Part shown: positions 49,063 to 61,339 of the stretch, piece by piece
Layout of the letters: each line of letters opens with the position of its first letter
How positions within the stretch are numbered: the first letter of the stretch is position 1
Source: Anaeramoeba ignava BMAN
Taxonomy: Eukaryota; Protista; Anaeramoebae
Reading direction: 5' to 3'
Assembly: GCA_028826165.1 (NCBI GenBank)
Contig: JAPDFW010000103.1
Location: forward strand, 969,943-1,033,942
Length of the DNA: 64,000 bases
The notes under the pieces: generated by a model
Database searches by the model: none
Told to the model about the DNA's origin: nothing
What the model saw: the letters and a program-made list of their open reading frames with translations, nothing else
Program-made: the position numbers and the translations under genes

Positions 49063-52000
49063 TCAATTCAAATTTTCTTTTTCTTTTTCATTTTCTTTTT
49101 CATTTTCATTTTCATTTTCATTTTCATTTTCTTTTTCATTTTCATTTTCATTTTCATTTTCATTTTCATCAAAAATACTATTTTGTGAATTTAAATCTCT
49201 TTCTTGAATTGGATATTTATAAAGAACTCCTAACCAATTTTTAAATCTATTAAAAAATAATCAATCAAAAAAAATTAATCAAAAAAAAAATTTAATTTTC
49301 AATTTTACAAATTTTTCTCTTTTTCTAAATTAATAATATGTTTTAAAATGAAATCTAATTTAAATTTTTCAATTTCTTCTTTTCTATCAGGAAAATTTAA
49401 ATCACAATGAGATTTTCCAAATTTTTCTAAATAATGAGTATAAAGAGGTTGATCTAAAAATAAACCAAAACCAGGAACTAATGGAAAATCATATTTTTTA
49501 TCAGCAAATAATTCAGTTATTATTTCAGGTTCATTTAATCCTCTCATTATATATAATGCTACTGCTATCATTCTTCGAATTTGATTTAACATAAATGATT
49601 GTCCTAAAATTGTTATTAAAACTACTTTAGTTCCTTCTATTTCAAATGGTTCTCCACATTTTACTTCACTAAATTTTTGATTTTTATTTTGATTTTGATT
49701 TTAATTTTATAAATGAATTTTTATTTTGATTTTAATTTTAATTTTGATTTTAATTTTAATTTTTATTTTAATTTTAATTTTAATTTTAATTTTAATTTTG
49801 ATTTTATAAATGAATTTTAATTTTAATTTTAATATTAATTTTGATTTTGATTTTGATTTTAATTTTTATTTTGATTTTAATTTTAATATTAATTTTAATT
49901 TTAATTTTAATTTTGATTTTAATTTTAATTTTAATTTTTATTTTAATTTTTATTTTGATTTTAATTTTAATTTTAATTTTTATTTTGATTTTAATTTTAA
50001 TTTTGATTTTAATTTTAATATTAATTTTAATTTTAATTTTAATTTTATTATTGATTTTAATTTTAATTTTAGTTTTTAATTTTTAATTTTAATTTTAATT
50101 TTGATTTTAATTTTGATTTTTAATTTTAATTTTAATTTTAATTTTAATTTTAATTTTTAATTTTAATTTTTAATTTTAATTTTAATATTGATTTTAATTT
50201 TAATTTTAATTTATAAATGAATTTTAATTTTGATTTTGATTTTGATTTTAATTTTAATTTTAATTTATAAATGAATTTTAATTTTAATTTTAATTTTAAT
50301 TTTAATTTTGATTTTGATTTTGATTTTAATTTTAATTTTAATTTTAATTTTAATTTTAATTTTAATTTTAATTTTTAAATTTTAATATTAATTTTAATTT
50401 TGATTTTAATTTTAATTTTAATTTTAATTTTAATTTTAATTTTAATTTTAATTTTAATTTTAATTTTAATTTTTAATTTTAATTTTAATTTTAGTTTTAA
50501 TTTTAATTTTAATTTTAATTTTAATTTTAATTTTAATTTATAAATGAATTTTAATTTTGATTTAAATTTTAATTTTAATTTTGATTTTAATTTTAATTTG
50601 AATTTAATATTGATTTTGATTTTAATTTTAATTTCGATTTTGATTTTAAATTTTAATTTTAATTTTAATTTTAATTTATAAATGAATTTTAATTTTGATT
50701 TAAATTTTAATTTTAATTTTAATTTTAATTTATAAATGAATTTTAATTTTGATTTAAATTTTAATATTAATTTTAATAAAATACCGCATAACTCTCCAAG
50801 CACTTGGATCTTTATATGGTTTTCTAGAAGTAAAATTATGATAATTCTGAGTTCCAGTATAAAGATTTAAAACTTGATTATTAAAATAATTTAAAGCTTT
50901 TTCATCAAATTCTTTAAAACGAATTTTTTCATCAACAAATTTTTCTTCACCATAAAAACATTCTTGAATAGTAAAAACCCAAAGAGGAAGTAAATATTGA
51001 TATCGTCTATAAGACACTCTTGTTCTTGCATTAAATCCTTTTGTAACTCGACTTAAAAATTATGATTAAAAAAGAAACAATTTTTTGTTTGAAATTTGTT
51101 GATCAATTCAAAAATTTTTTTTTTCAATTTTTGATCAGTTCAAAATTAAAATACCCAATTCCAAATATATGGATATGAGGAGGAAGAAAAGAGTTTGTTT
51201 TGGTTCTTAAATTTTCTTCGTCTTTTTCTAGTAAAGCTTTAAATGCTATGCATTGGCGAGAAGCGTGAACTCCTTTGTCTGTTCTTCCAGATCTTGACCA
51301 TCCAACTTTTTTGACATGTTCTTTATTTTCTTCTGATATTCCATTTGCTTTTACGAAAGCTTCTATAAGTTCATCTTCAATTGTTTTGGTGTTTTCTCTG
51401 TTTTTGATTAAGAAAGAAAGATGATAAAGAATATGAATTATAAATTAAATTATAAATAAAATTATAAATAAAATTATAAATTAAATTATAAATTAAAATT
51501 ATAAATTAAATTATAAATAAAATATAAATAAAATTATAAATAAAATTATAAATAAAATTATAAATAAAATTATAAATTAAATTATAAATAAAATTATAAA
51601 TTAAATTATAAATTAAATTATAAATAAAATTATAAATTAAATTATAAATAAAATTATAAATAAAATTATAAATTAAATTATAAATAAAATTATAAATAAA
51701 AATTATAAATAAAATTATAAATTAAAATTATAAATAAAAAATTATAAATAAAATTATAAATTAAAATTATAAATAAAATTATAAATTAAATTATAAATAA
51801 AATTATAAATAAAATTATAAATAAAATTATAAATTAAAATTATAAATAAAATTATAAAATTAAATTATAAATAAAATTATAAATAAAATTATAAATAAAT
51901 AAAATTATAAATTAAATTATAAATAAAATTATAAATTAAATTATAAATAAAAATTATAAAATTAAAATTATAAATAAAATTATAAATTAAATTATAAATT

Positions 52001-53300
52001 AAATTATAAATAAAATTATAAATTAAATTATAAATTAAAATTATAAATAAAATTATAAATTAAATTATAAATAAAATTATAAAATTAAATTATAAATAAA
52101 ATTAATAAATAAATCAAAATTATAAATTAAATTATAAAATAAAATTATAAATTAAATTATAAATAAAATTATAAAAAATTATAAATTAAATTATAAATTA
52201 AATTATAAATAAAATTATAAAATAAAATTATAAATAAAATTATAAATTAAAATTATAAATAAAATTATAAATTAAATTATAAATTAAATTATAAATAAAA
52301 TTATAAATAAAATTATAAATTAAATTATAAATAAAATTATAAATAAAATTATAAATAAAATTATAAATAAAAATTATAAATAAAATTATGAATAAAATTA
52401 TAAATAAAATTATAAATAAAATTATAAATAAAATTATAAATAAAATTATAAATAAAATTATAAAATAAAATTATAAATTAAATTATAAATAAAATTATAA
52501 ATAAAATTATAAATAAAATTATAAATAAAATTATAAATTAAAATATAAATAAAATTATAAATTAAATTATAAATTAAATTATAAATTAAAATTATAAATA
52601 AAATTGTAAATAAAATTATAAATAAAATTATAAATAAAATTATAAATAAAATTATAAATAAAATTATAAATAAAATTATAAATAAAAATTATAAATTAAA
52701 TTAAAATTAAATTATAAATAAAATTATAAATAAAAATATAAATAAAATTATAAATTAAATTTATAAATAAAATTATAAATAAATATAAAAAAATTATAAA
52801 TAAAATTATAAAATAAAATTATAAATAAAATTATAAATTAAATTATAAATTAAATTATAAATTAAATTATAAATTAAATTATAAATAAAATTATAAATAA
52901 AATTATAAATAAAATTATAAATAAAATTATAAATTAAATTATAAATAAAAATATAAATTAAATTAAAAATAAAATTATAAATAAAATTATAAATAAAATT
53001 ATAAATAAAATTATAAATAAAATTATAAATAAAATTATAAATAAAATTATAAATAAAATTATAAATTAAATTATAAATAAAATTATAAATTAAATTATAA
53101 ATATAAATATAAATAAAATTATAAATTGATTTTGAATTATAAATTGTTAAATCGGTTTACGATTTATATTGTATTTGTAAACCATTATATCCAGTTCCAC
53201 AATAACCAAAAATAACTGCAACTTTGCGTTTTGGAATTCTTCTTGTAGATTTTTCTTGTTGAGAATTTTCAATAGGTTCGTTATCATTTTTTCTTTTCAT
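49063..53300 (-). CDS. PUS1: tRNA pseudouridine synthase, TruA/PUS1 family, about 5 exons
   Basis: [31 protein letters not shown] (catalytic Asp), [24 protein letters not shown]. Confidence 0.9.
51420..53150. repeat. 1.7-kb intronic minisatellite of ~11-12-bp AAATTATAAAT(A) units
   Basis: Tandem degenerate unit filling the first PUS1 intron. Confidence 0.9.
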
Positions 53301-53397
53301 TTTAATTAAATAAAAAATTAAAAAAAAATGAAAAAAAAAAATTTAAAAAAAATAAAAAATCATTTTTTTTCTGACATTTTTGAAAAATACAATATAA

Positions 53398-53847
53398 ATG
53401 ATGGAACAAGAAAGGTAAATTTCAAAAATATCCGAATTTTTGGAATCGACTCAACACACTTAAAAAAAAACACAAACTAGCCGAGACGTATTTGGAGCGA
53501 ATGATAATGAAATTCAAATGGATGAAGATACAATCCAGAATTTTGAAATTAGAACCGAAGAAGAAAACGAAAAGCGGAAGGCCGATCAAGAAGACTCCAA
53601 CATAGGCGTCCGCATCACAACTCGATACATGACGAAATACGAGCGAGCACGTATTCTTGGTACTCGCGCTTTGCAAATAAGTATGTCCGCTCCAGTTATG
53701 GTCGAAATTACAAGAGAAACTGACCCTTTGCAAATCGCCCTAAAAGAACTTAAGGAAGGCAAAATCCCCTTTATTATAAGACGTTACTTGCCTGATGGTT
53801 CTTTTGAAGATGTTAAGGCGTCGGATTTGATACTTACTTTTGATTGA
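53398..53847 (+). CDS. RPB6: RNA polymerase shared subunit RPB6, 2 exons
   Basis: [28 protein letters not shown]...[16 protein letters not shown] short first exon 53398-53414 splices to 53481. Confidence 0.96.
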
Positions 53848-53910
53848 TTTTGTTTTTTTCATCAAAATTTGAAAATTTATTTTTTTTTTCTTTTAAGGAA
53901 AATTTTTTTC

Positions 53911-54289
53911 AAATCAAATTATTAAAGAAATGGAATAAAGAATATTAGATACTTAAATTTAAATTAATTTCTTTTTTTTATATTTTATTTAATTTTATTA
54001 ATTTAAAATTATTTAAAATTATTTCAAAAATACTTAATAAAATTGAAAATAAAAATGAAATATTTTAATAAAAATATTAATTAAATTTTAATAAGTTTAA
54101 ATTATAATTTAATTTAGATTTAAATTCATTTTAAATCAAATTAATGTTTTTATTTATTAATTTAATATTTTTGGTTATTTATTATTTAAAATTTTATTAT
54201 AATTAAAAAAGTGGAATAAAAAATATTAAATCAAATTATTAAAGAAATGGAATAAAGAATATTAGATACTTAAATTTAAATTAATTTCT
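53911..54289. repeat. 62-bp direct repeat pair (53911-53972 and 54228-54289)
   Basis: AAATCAAATTATTAAAGAAATGGAATAAAGAATATTAGATACTTAAATTTAAATTAATTTCT occurs twice. Confidence 0.85.
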
Positions 54290-54327
54290 AAATTAAATAT
54301 TAAATTAAATCTATTTTTATTTTTTTA

Positions 54328-54630
54328 TTAATTTTGATTTTTAATTTTGTTAATTAATAAATCAAATAAATTTGGATTTGTTTGATTTAATTGAAAATAA
54401 TCAATTCCAATTTGAATTTCATCAATTATTTCTTGTGTAATTTCAATTCCATCTTTAATTTTATTTGAATAAATCCAATATTCAAATATTTGAAATGATT
54501 TATTACTTAATTCACTATAATCTGTAACTTTATTAGAAGTATCTTCAGTTACAGATAAAAACATTCCTCGATATAATTCACTTCTCATTATTAATATTAA
54601 TTTAGGAAATTTATATTGTTTTTCTTTTCT
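54328..54630 (-). pseudogene. Second orphan 3' fragment of an RCC1-BTB gene
   Basis: RKEKQYKFPKLILIMRSELYRGMF...NLFDLLINK with no upstream part of the gene. Confidence 0.75.
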
Positions 54631-54696
54631 GAATTTTTTCTTTTTTATTAAGATTTGAAAGAAAAAAAAAAGATTTTTTGATGAAATTTAGAAAAA

Positions 54697-57600
54697 TTAT
54701 TGAAGTTGAAGTTCATCTAATGCTTCTTGTGCAATTTTTTGAAAATTTCCATCTTGTGAGAATTTGTTTAATGCTTGTTGAACTAATTGAAATCCACCAA
54801 GATTTTTGATTTTTGTTCGATTATCTAAAATGATTAAAAATTATTGGAAAATTTGTTTTGTTTGTTTTGTTTGTTTTGTTTTTTGGTTTTGGTTTGTTTT
54901 ACCTCTATTCTCATCACAAAGATTAATAAAAGTTGCACAGCAATCCTTTTGGATATCCTTATTATCTTTGAACTTATTCATTGCTTTGATAATTGTTTCA
55001 ATTCCATTCAACTTTCTAATTTCATTTTGATTTTCTATTTTTAAATTATGATTTTTCAAAAAAATGAAATTAATATTATTAAATTAATCATTTAAATCAA
55101 TATTTTTAAATCAATATTTTTGAATCAATATTTTTAAATGAATATTTTTGAAATGAATATTTTTAAATGAATATTTTTAAATCAATATTTTTAAATGAAT
55201 ATTTTTGAATCGATATTTTTAAATGAATATTTTTAAATCAATATTTTTAAATGAATATTTTTGAATCAATATTTTTGAATGAATATTTTTAAATCAATAT
55301 TTTTAAATCAATATTTTTGAATCAATATTTTTGAATGAATATTTTTAAATGAATATTTTTAAATGAATATTTTTGAATGAATATTTTTGAATCAATATTT
55401 TTGAATGAATATTTTTAAATCAATATTTTTAAATCAATATTTTTGAATGAATATTTTTGAATGAATATTTTTAAATCAATATTTTTAAATCAATATTTTT
55501 GAATCAATATTTTTGAATCAATATTTTTAAATCAATTTATTTTACCTTTGCTTTTTCGAACAATATTTCCTAAAGATATACATCCATAATCTTGAATAAT
55601 TATATTATCTTTGAAATTATTCATTGCTTTGATAATTGTTTCAATTCCATTCAACTTTCTAATTTCATTACGGTTTTCTATTTTTAAATTATGATTTTTC
55701 AAAAAAATGAAATTAATATTATTAAATTAATCATTTGAATCAATATTTTTAAATCAATATTTTTGAATGAATATTTTTGAAATCAATATTTTTAAATCAA
55801 TATTTTTAAATCAATATTTTTGAAATCAATATTTTTGAATTAATATTTTTAAATCAATATTTTTGAATCAATATTTTTGAATCAATATTTTTGAATCAAT
55901 ATTTTTGAAATCAATATTTTTAAATCAATATTTTTGAAATCAATATTTTTGAATCAATTTATTTTACCTTTGCTTCCAAGAATAATATGCATCAAAGCCC
56001 CAATACCATTCTTTTGGATATCCCTATTATCTTTGAACTTATTCATTGCTTTGATAATTGTTTCAATTCCATTCAACTTTCTAATTTCATTTTGATTTTC
56101 TATTTTTAAATTATGATTTTTCAAAAAAATGAAAATAATTTTATTAAATTAATCATTTAAATCAATATTTTTAAATCAATATTTTTGAATGAATATTTTT
56201 AAATCAATATTTTTAAATCAATATTTTTAAATCAATATTTTTAAATCAATATTTTTGAATCAATATTTTTAAATTAATATTTTTAAATAAATATTTTTAA
56301 ATAAATATTTTTAAATGAATATTTTTGAATGAATATTTCTGAATTAATATTTTTGAATGAATATTTTTAAATCAATATTTTTAAATAAATATTTTTAAAT
56401 CAATATTTTGAAATCAATATTTTTGAAATCAATATTTTTAAATCAATATTTTTGAATTAATATTTTTAAATCAATATTTTTGAATCAATATTTTTGAATG
56501 AATATTTTTAAATCAATATTTTTGAAATCAATATTTTTAAATCAATATTTTTAAATCAATATTTTTAAATGAATATTTTTAAATCAATATTTTTAAATTA
56601 ATATTTTTAAATGAATATTTTTGAATGAATATTTTTGAATGAATATTTTTGAATGAATATTTTTGAATGAATATTTTTAAATCAATATTTTTGAATGAAT
56701 ATTTTTGAATGAATATTTTTGAATCAATATTTTTAAATGAATATTTTTAAATCAATATTTTTAAATCAATATTTTTGAATGAATATTTTTAAATGAATAT
56801 TTTTAAATGAATATTTTTAAATGAATATTTTTGAATGAATATTTTTGAATAAATATTTTTGAATCAATATTTTTGAATGAATATTTTTGAATCAATATTT
56901 TTAAATGAATATTTTTAAATTAATATTTTTGAATGAATATTTTTGAATTAATATTTTTAAATCAATATTTTTAAATCAATATTTTTAAATGAATATTTTT
57001 AAATAAATATTTTTGAATCGATATTTTTAAATCAAATTATTTTACCTTTGCTTCCAAGAACAATAACCATCAAAGCCCCAATACCATAATATTGAATAAT
57101 TCTATTATCTTTAAAATTATTCATTGCTTTGAGAATTGTTTCAATTTCTTTCTTTTTTTTTGTTTCATTTCTAGTTTCTATTTATTATTTGGGTTTATCG
57201 AGAAAAGATAAAGATTAAGATCAAAATGAAAATTAAAGAAAAATAATTGAATACTTGGATCATAAAAGAATATTTGTAATATCCAACATCCTTTTTCTTG
57301 TATGCTTTCTTCATTTGGAAAATTGTTCATTGCTTTCAAAATTCGTTCATTTCCTTTTAATTCATGCATTTCATCTCCATTTTCTATATTATATTATTAA
57401 TAGGAATAATTTTGATTTTAGAAGATGAAAAAATAATTTCCTTTTTCTCTTTTTTCTCTTTTTAAAAATTTATTACTTGGATCAAGATTGATATTAATTA
57501 ATAATAATAATGATTTTTCTTGAATAAATTGATTTTTGGGAAATTTATTCATTGCTTTAATAATTGGTTCTATTCCTTTTAAATTTGCAATTTTTGTTCC

Positions 57601-60600
57601 TTTTTTCTTTCTTTTTTCAAATTGTTTCTCTTTTTTTTTTTGAATTTAATTTAATTTCTTTTGGATAAATTTTTATTTGAGAATTTAATAATAAATTTAC
57701 TTTTAAATCCTCCTGAAAGTGTTTCTAAAATAATAAATCCTTGTTCGATAATTTCTTCTTTTAAAAATTTATTAAGGATTTGAATAATAATTTCAATTCT
57801 TTGAGATTTCCAATTTGTTAATTGTTTTTCTTTATCATCTGATTGTTTTTTAATTTGTAATTTTAACAAGAAAGAGAAAAAAAATTTATAAAATGAAGTT
57901 TAAATGAGAATTAATTTCTTTCTTTCTTTCTTTCTCTATTTTTGATTTATATACTTTTATTATTAAAAGAAACATTCCATAAAATTATGAAAAATTTTTG
58001 TTGAAGATTTGGATTTTGAGGAAAATTTTGGATTGATTGAAGAATAAATTCAATTCCATTTAATTGTTTAATTTCTTTTTGATTTTCTATTTTTTGATTT
58101 CAAATTGAATTTGAATTAAATAAATATAATTTTTTTTTTGAGAATTTTACCTTTATTATTGGAAATATTCAATAAAATTTGAAATCCTTTTTCTTGAAAA
58201 TTCTCATCTTTTAAGAAATTTTTTAATGTTTCAAAAATTGTTTTAATAACTTTAGATTCTTTAAATTGAGTTTGATTTTCTTTTTTTAAATTAATTTTTG
58301 TGTTTGTTTTGTTGAAAATTAAATTTAAATTTAAAATTCATTTCATTTCAATTCTTTTAATTTTACCAAATTGATTATTAGAAAAATTAATTAAAATATT
58401 CAATCCTTTTTCTTGAAAATCTTTTCTTTGAGAGAAATTATTCATTGAATTTATAATTGTTTGAATTCCTTTAAATTGTCTAAATTTAATTTGATTTTCT
58501 TCATTTGTATTAAATGAATTCAAAACGAAAATTGATTTTGTTTTGATTAAATTCATTTTTTAAAAGGGAAAAAAAAAAGGAAATAATTTTGAATTTTAGA
58601 AATTTTACCTTCATTATCAAAAGCAATTTGATTTAAAAAGAAAAATCCATAATCTTGAATTTTTTCATTTTTAGGGAAATTAGACATTATAAATATTATT
58701 GGTTGTATTCCTTGTGGTTTTTTAATTTGTTTTGTGATTTTTTTATTTTCTTTTTTGTTTTTGTTTAAATTTTTTTTGAAAAACAAAAAGAAATGAGAAT
58801 TTTAAATTGATTTTAAATTGATTTACCAAAATTAATATTAGATAAATTCAATAAAAATTTCCATCCTTTTTCTTGAATAATTTTATTATTTGGGAAATTA
58901 TTCATTGATTGAATAATTAAATCAATTCCTTTTAAATCTTCAATTTTCTTCTTATTTTCTTTTTTTTTTTTTTTTTTGATCAACTTTTTAAAATTCTTCA
59001 TTTTTTTTTTTGAATTGAAAAAATGAATATTTTTTACCTTCATTATTAATACAATTCTTCAATAAAAGTTGATTTGAGTGTTCTATTATCTTTTCATTAT
59101 TAGGGAAAATTAATCATTGATTTAATAATTAGTTCAATTCCTTCAAATTTTGAAATTTGTTCTTGAAATTCCTTTTGTTTTTCTTTTTTCAAAATTTTAA
59201 TTTTATTTTAATTTTAATTTTAATTTTAATTTTGATTTTAATTTTGATTTTTACTTGAATTCATTGAAATATTATCCAAAATTGAAATTGAATATTGTTG
59301 AAGATTTTCATTTTTTTGATATTTTTTCATTAATTGAATAATTAATTCAGTTCCATTTTGTTGAATTTGATTTTGATCTATATTTTTTAATTTATTTATT
59401 TTTAATTTTGTTTTTGAAAATGATTTGTTGATTTTTAATTTTATTTTGATTAAAATTTTACTTTCAATTTTTGTGAAAATTTTTCTAAAGCAAAACATCC
59501 TTTTCTCGAATAATTTTATTATTTGAAATTTCTTCATCCAATCAAGAATATCATAAAGTAAATTTGGATCTTGATTCTCATCTTTTTGTTATTAGAAATA
59601 TGAATAAAATCAATTAAATTATCAAAATTTTTCTTTTTGAAATTTGTTTGATTTACTTTTCATTTTCATTTTCATTTTTCATTTGAAAATTCATTGAAAA
59701 ATTCATTTAATTTTTCTGCCATATCTTCTTGATATTGTAATGTTATTGCTTGATTTTCTTGTGCATTTTTCAATTTTGCTTTTTAGTTCATAAATTTGCT
59801 TATTCTTTTTGATATTCTCAAATTTTCCATTAATTTCTGTAAAAGCTTCTCTAATTGTTTTTGAATTCTGTTTCTTTTAATATTTGAGGTGTTTCAAAAT
59901 TCTGAATAAAAGATTCTTCAAAATCTTCATTTGTTTCAAAAAGTATTTAAAAATTCCAATTTAAAATTTCATTTTGTTTTTGTTTTTGAATTTAATTTTT
60001 GAATTTTGTTTTTGATATTCTCTAAAGAATCATAATCATCATAATCATAATAATAATCATAATCATTTTGTTCAGGATTTGAAATTTGAATTGATTTTAA
60101 TGTTTTGAAATTTTGAATAAAATTGGGATCAACTAATTTTTCAATATTATTTTCAATGATTTCATGAATATTTTGAAGAAGTAATTTGAAACAAATATCA
60201 CAAATAAATTTTGAACCAAGTTTTAATCCAATAAAATAATAATTGATTGCATTTTCTTGATTAATATATTTTTCCATTTCTTTTTCAATTTTAATTTTCA
60301 ATAAATCAATTTTCAATAAATCTGCAAGTTGATAAAATTGATCGAATTTTGTTGGAATTATTTTTATTTCTGGATTTGAAAAATTGAATAACTTTTTCAA
60401 CAACATCTGAATCAAAATTTTTAAGATAAATTGAATGTTGGTTTTTGTTTCAAGATTTTTGATAGAAAAATGGAGAATAAGAATTTATTATTGAATTATT
60501 AGAAGAATTTTTTTTCTTCTTTTCCTGCGTATAAATCAAAAATTATTTTCTTTTCTTTGTAAAAATGAATTTTGTTTCATGTTTAAAAAATATTCTTTTT

Positions 60601-60889
60601 TGATTAATTCATTAAAATCTTTGTTTTTCATTTGATAAAATTTTTCAATTTGGTTTTGATTTTGAATTTGATTTTGATTTTGATTTTGATTTTGATTTTG
60701 ATTTTGATTTTGATTTTGATTTTTATTTTGATTTTGATTTTGATTTTGGTTTAGATTTTGAATTTGAATTTGATTTTGATTTTGATTTTGAATTTGAATT
60801 TGATTTTGATTTTGATTTTGATTTTGATTTTGATTTTGATTTTGATTTTGATTTTGATTTTGATTTCTGTGAATTCTTTTTGATTTCAT
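54697..60889 (-). CDS. BTB/BACK-like N-terminus + armadillo-type repeat protein, one repeat per exon
   Basis: About 14 exons of ~125-135 nt (e.g. 55034-54903, 55677-55546, 56099-55968, 57177-57046), each encoding an EN..I..L.GIE.I..AM..F..N..IQ..G repeat. The terminal exon is 54824-54697. The N-terminal part is frameshifted, so the start is uncertain. Confidence 0.7.
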
Positions 60890-61339
60890 TTTATCCTATT
60901 TATTTCTTCTTTTTTTTTTTGTTTAAAAATGATTCAAAATAAATTTAAAATTGTTTTTTGTAAGAAGAATTGTTAAATGAAAAAAGAAATAATTCAGTAA
61001 TTAAATTAAATTAAATTAAATTAAATTAAATTATTTTTGAATTAAATATCAAAAAGGAAAAATTATTAGATAATTCATTTATTCATTTATTTTTGTGTGT
61101 GTAATTGATTAAAAGTTTTTAAAAAGTTAAATAAATTTTTACTTATTTTTGATTTTGAAAAATGAAAAAGAGGAAAAATAATTTTTCTTTTCTTAATTTT
61201 TATTTTAAAAGTGAATTTTTAATTTGAAGAAATAATTTTATTCTTATTTTCCATTTTTCTAATCAAATTTGTTTTAACAAATTCCTTTTTTTTCTTTCTT
61301 TTTTTCATTGATCCAAATTCAAAAATCAACCTATGTTTT

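Noticed and set aside
36513-53847. RPB10 and RPB6 in one window as a functional cluster
   Set aside because: They are 17 kb apart with unrelated genes between them, which is consistent with chance.
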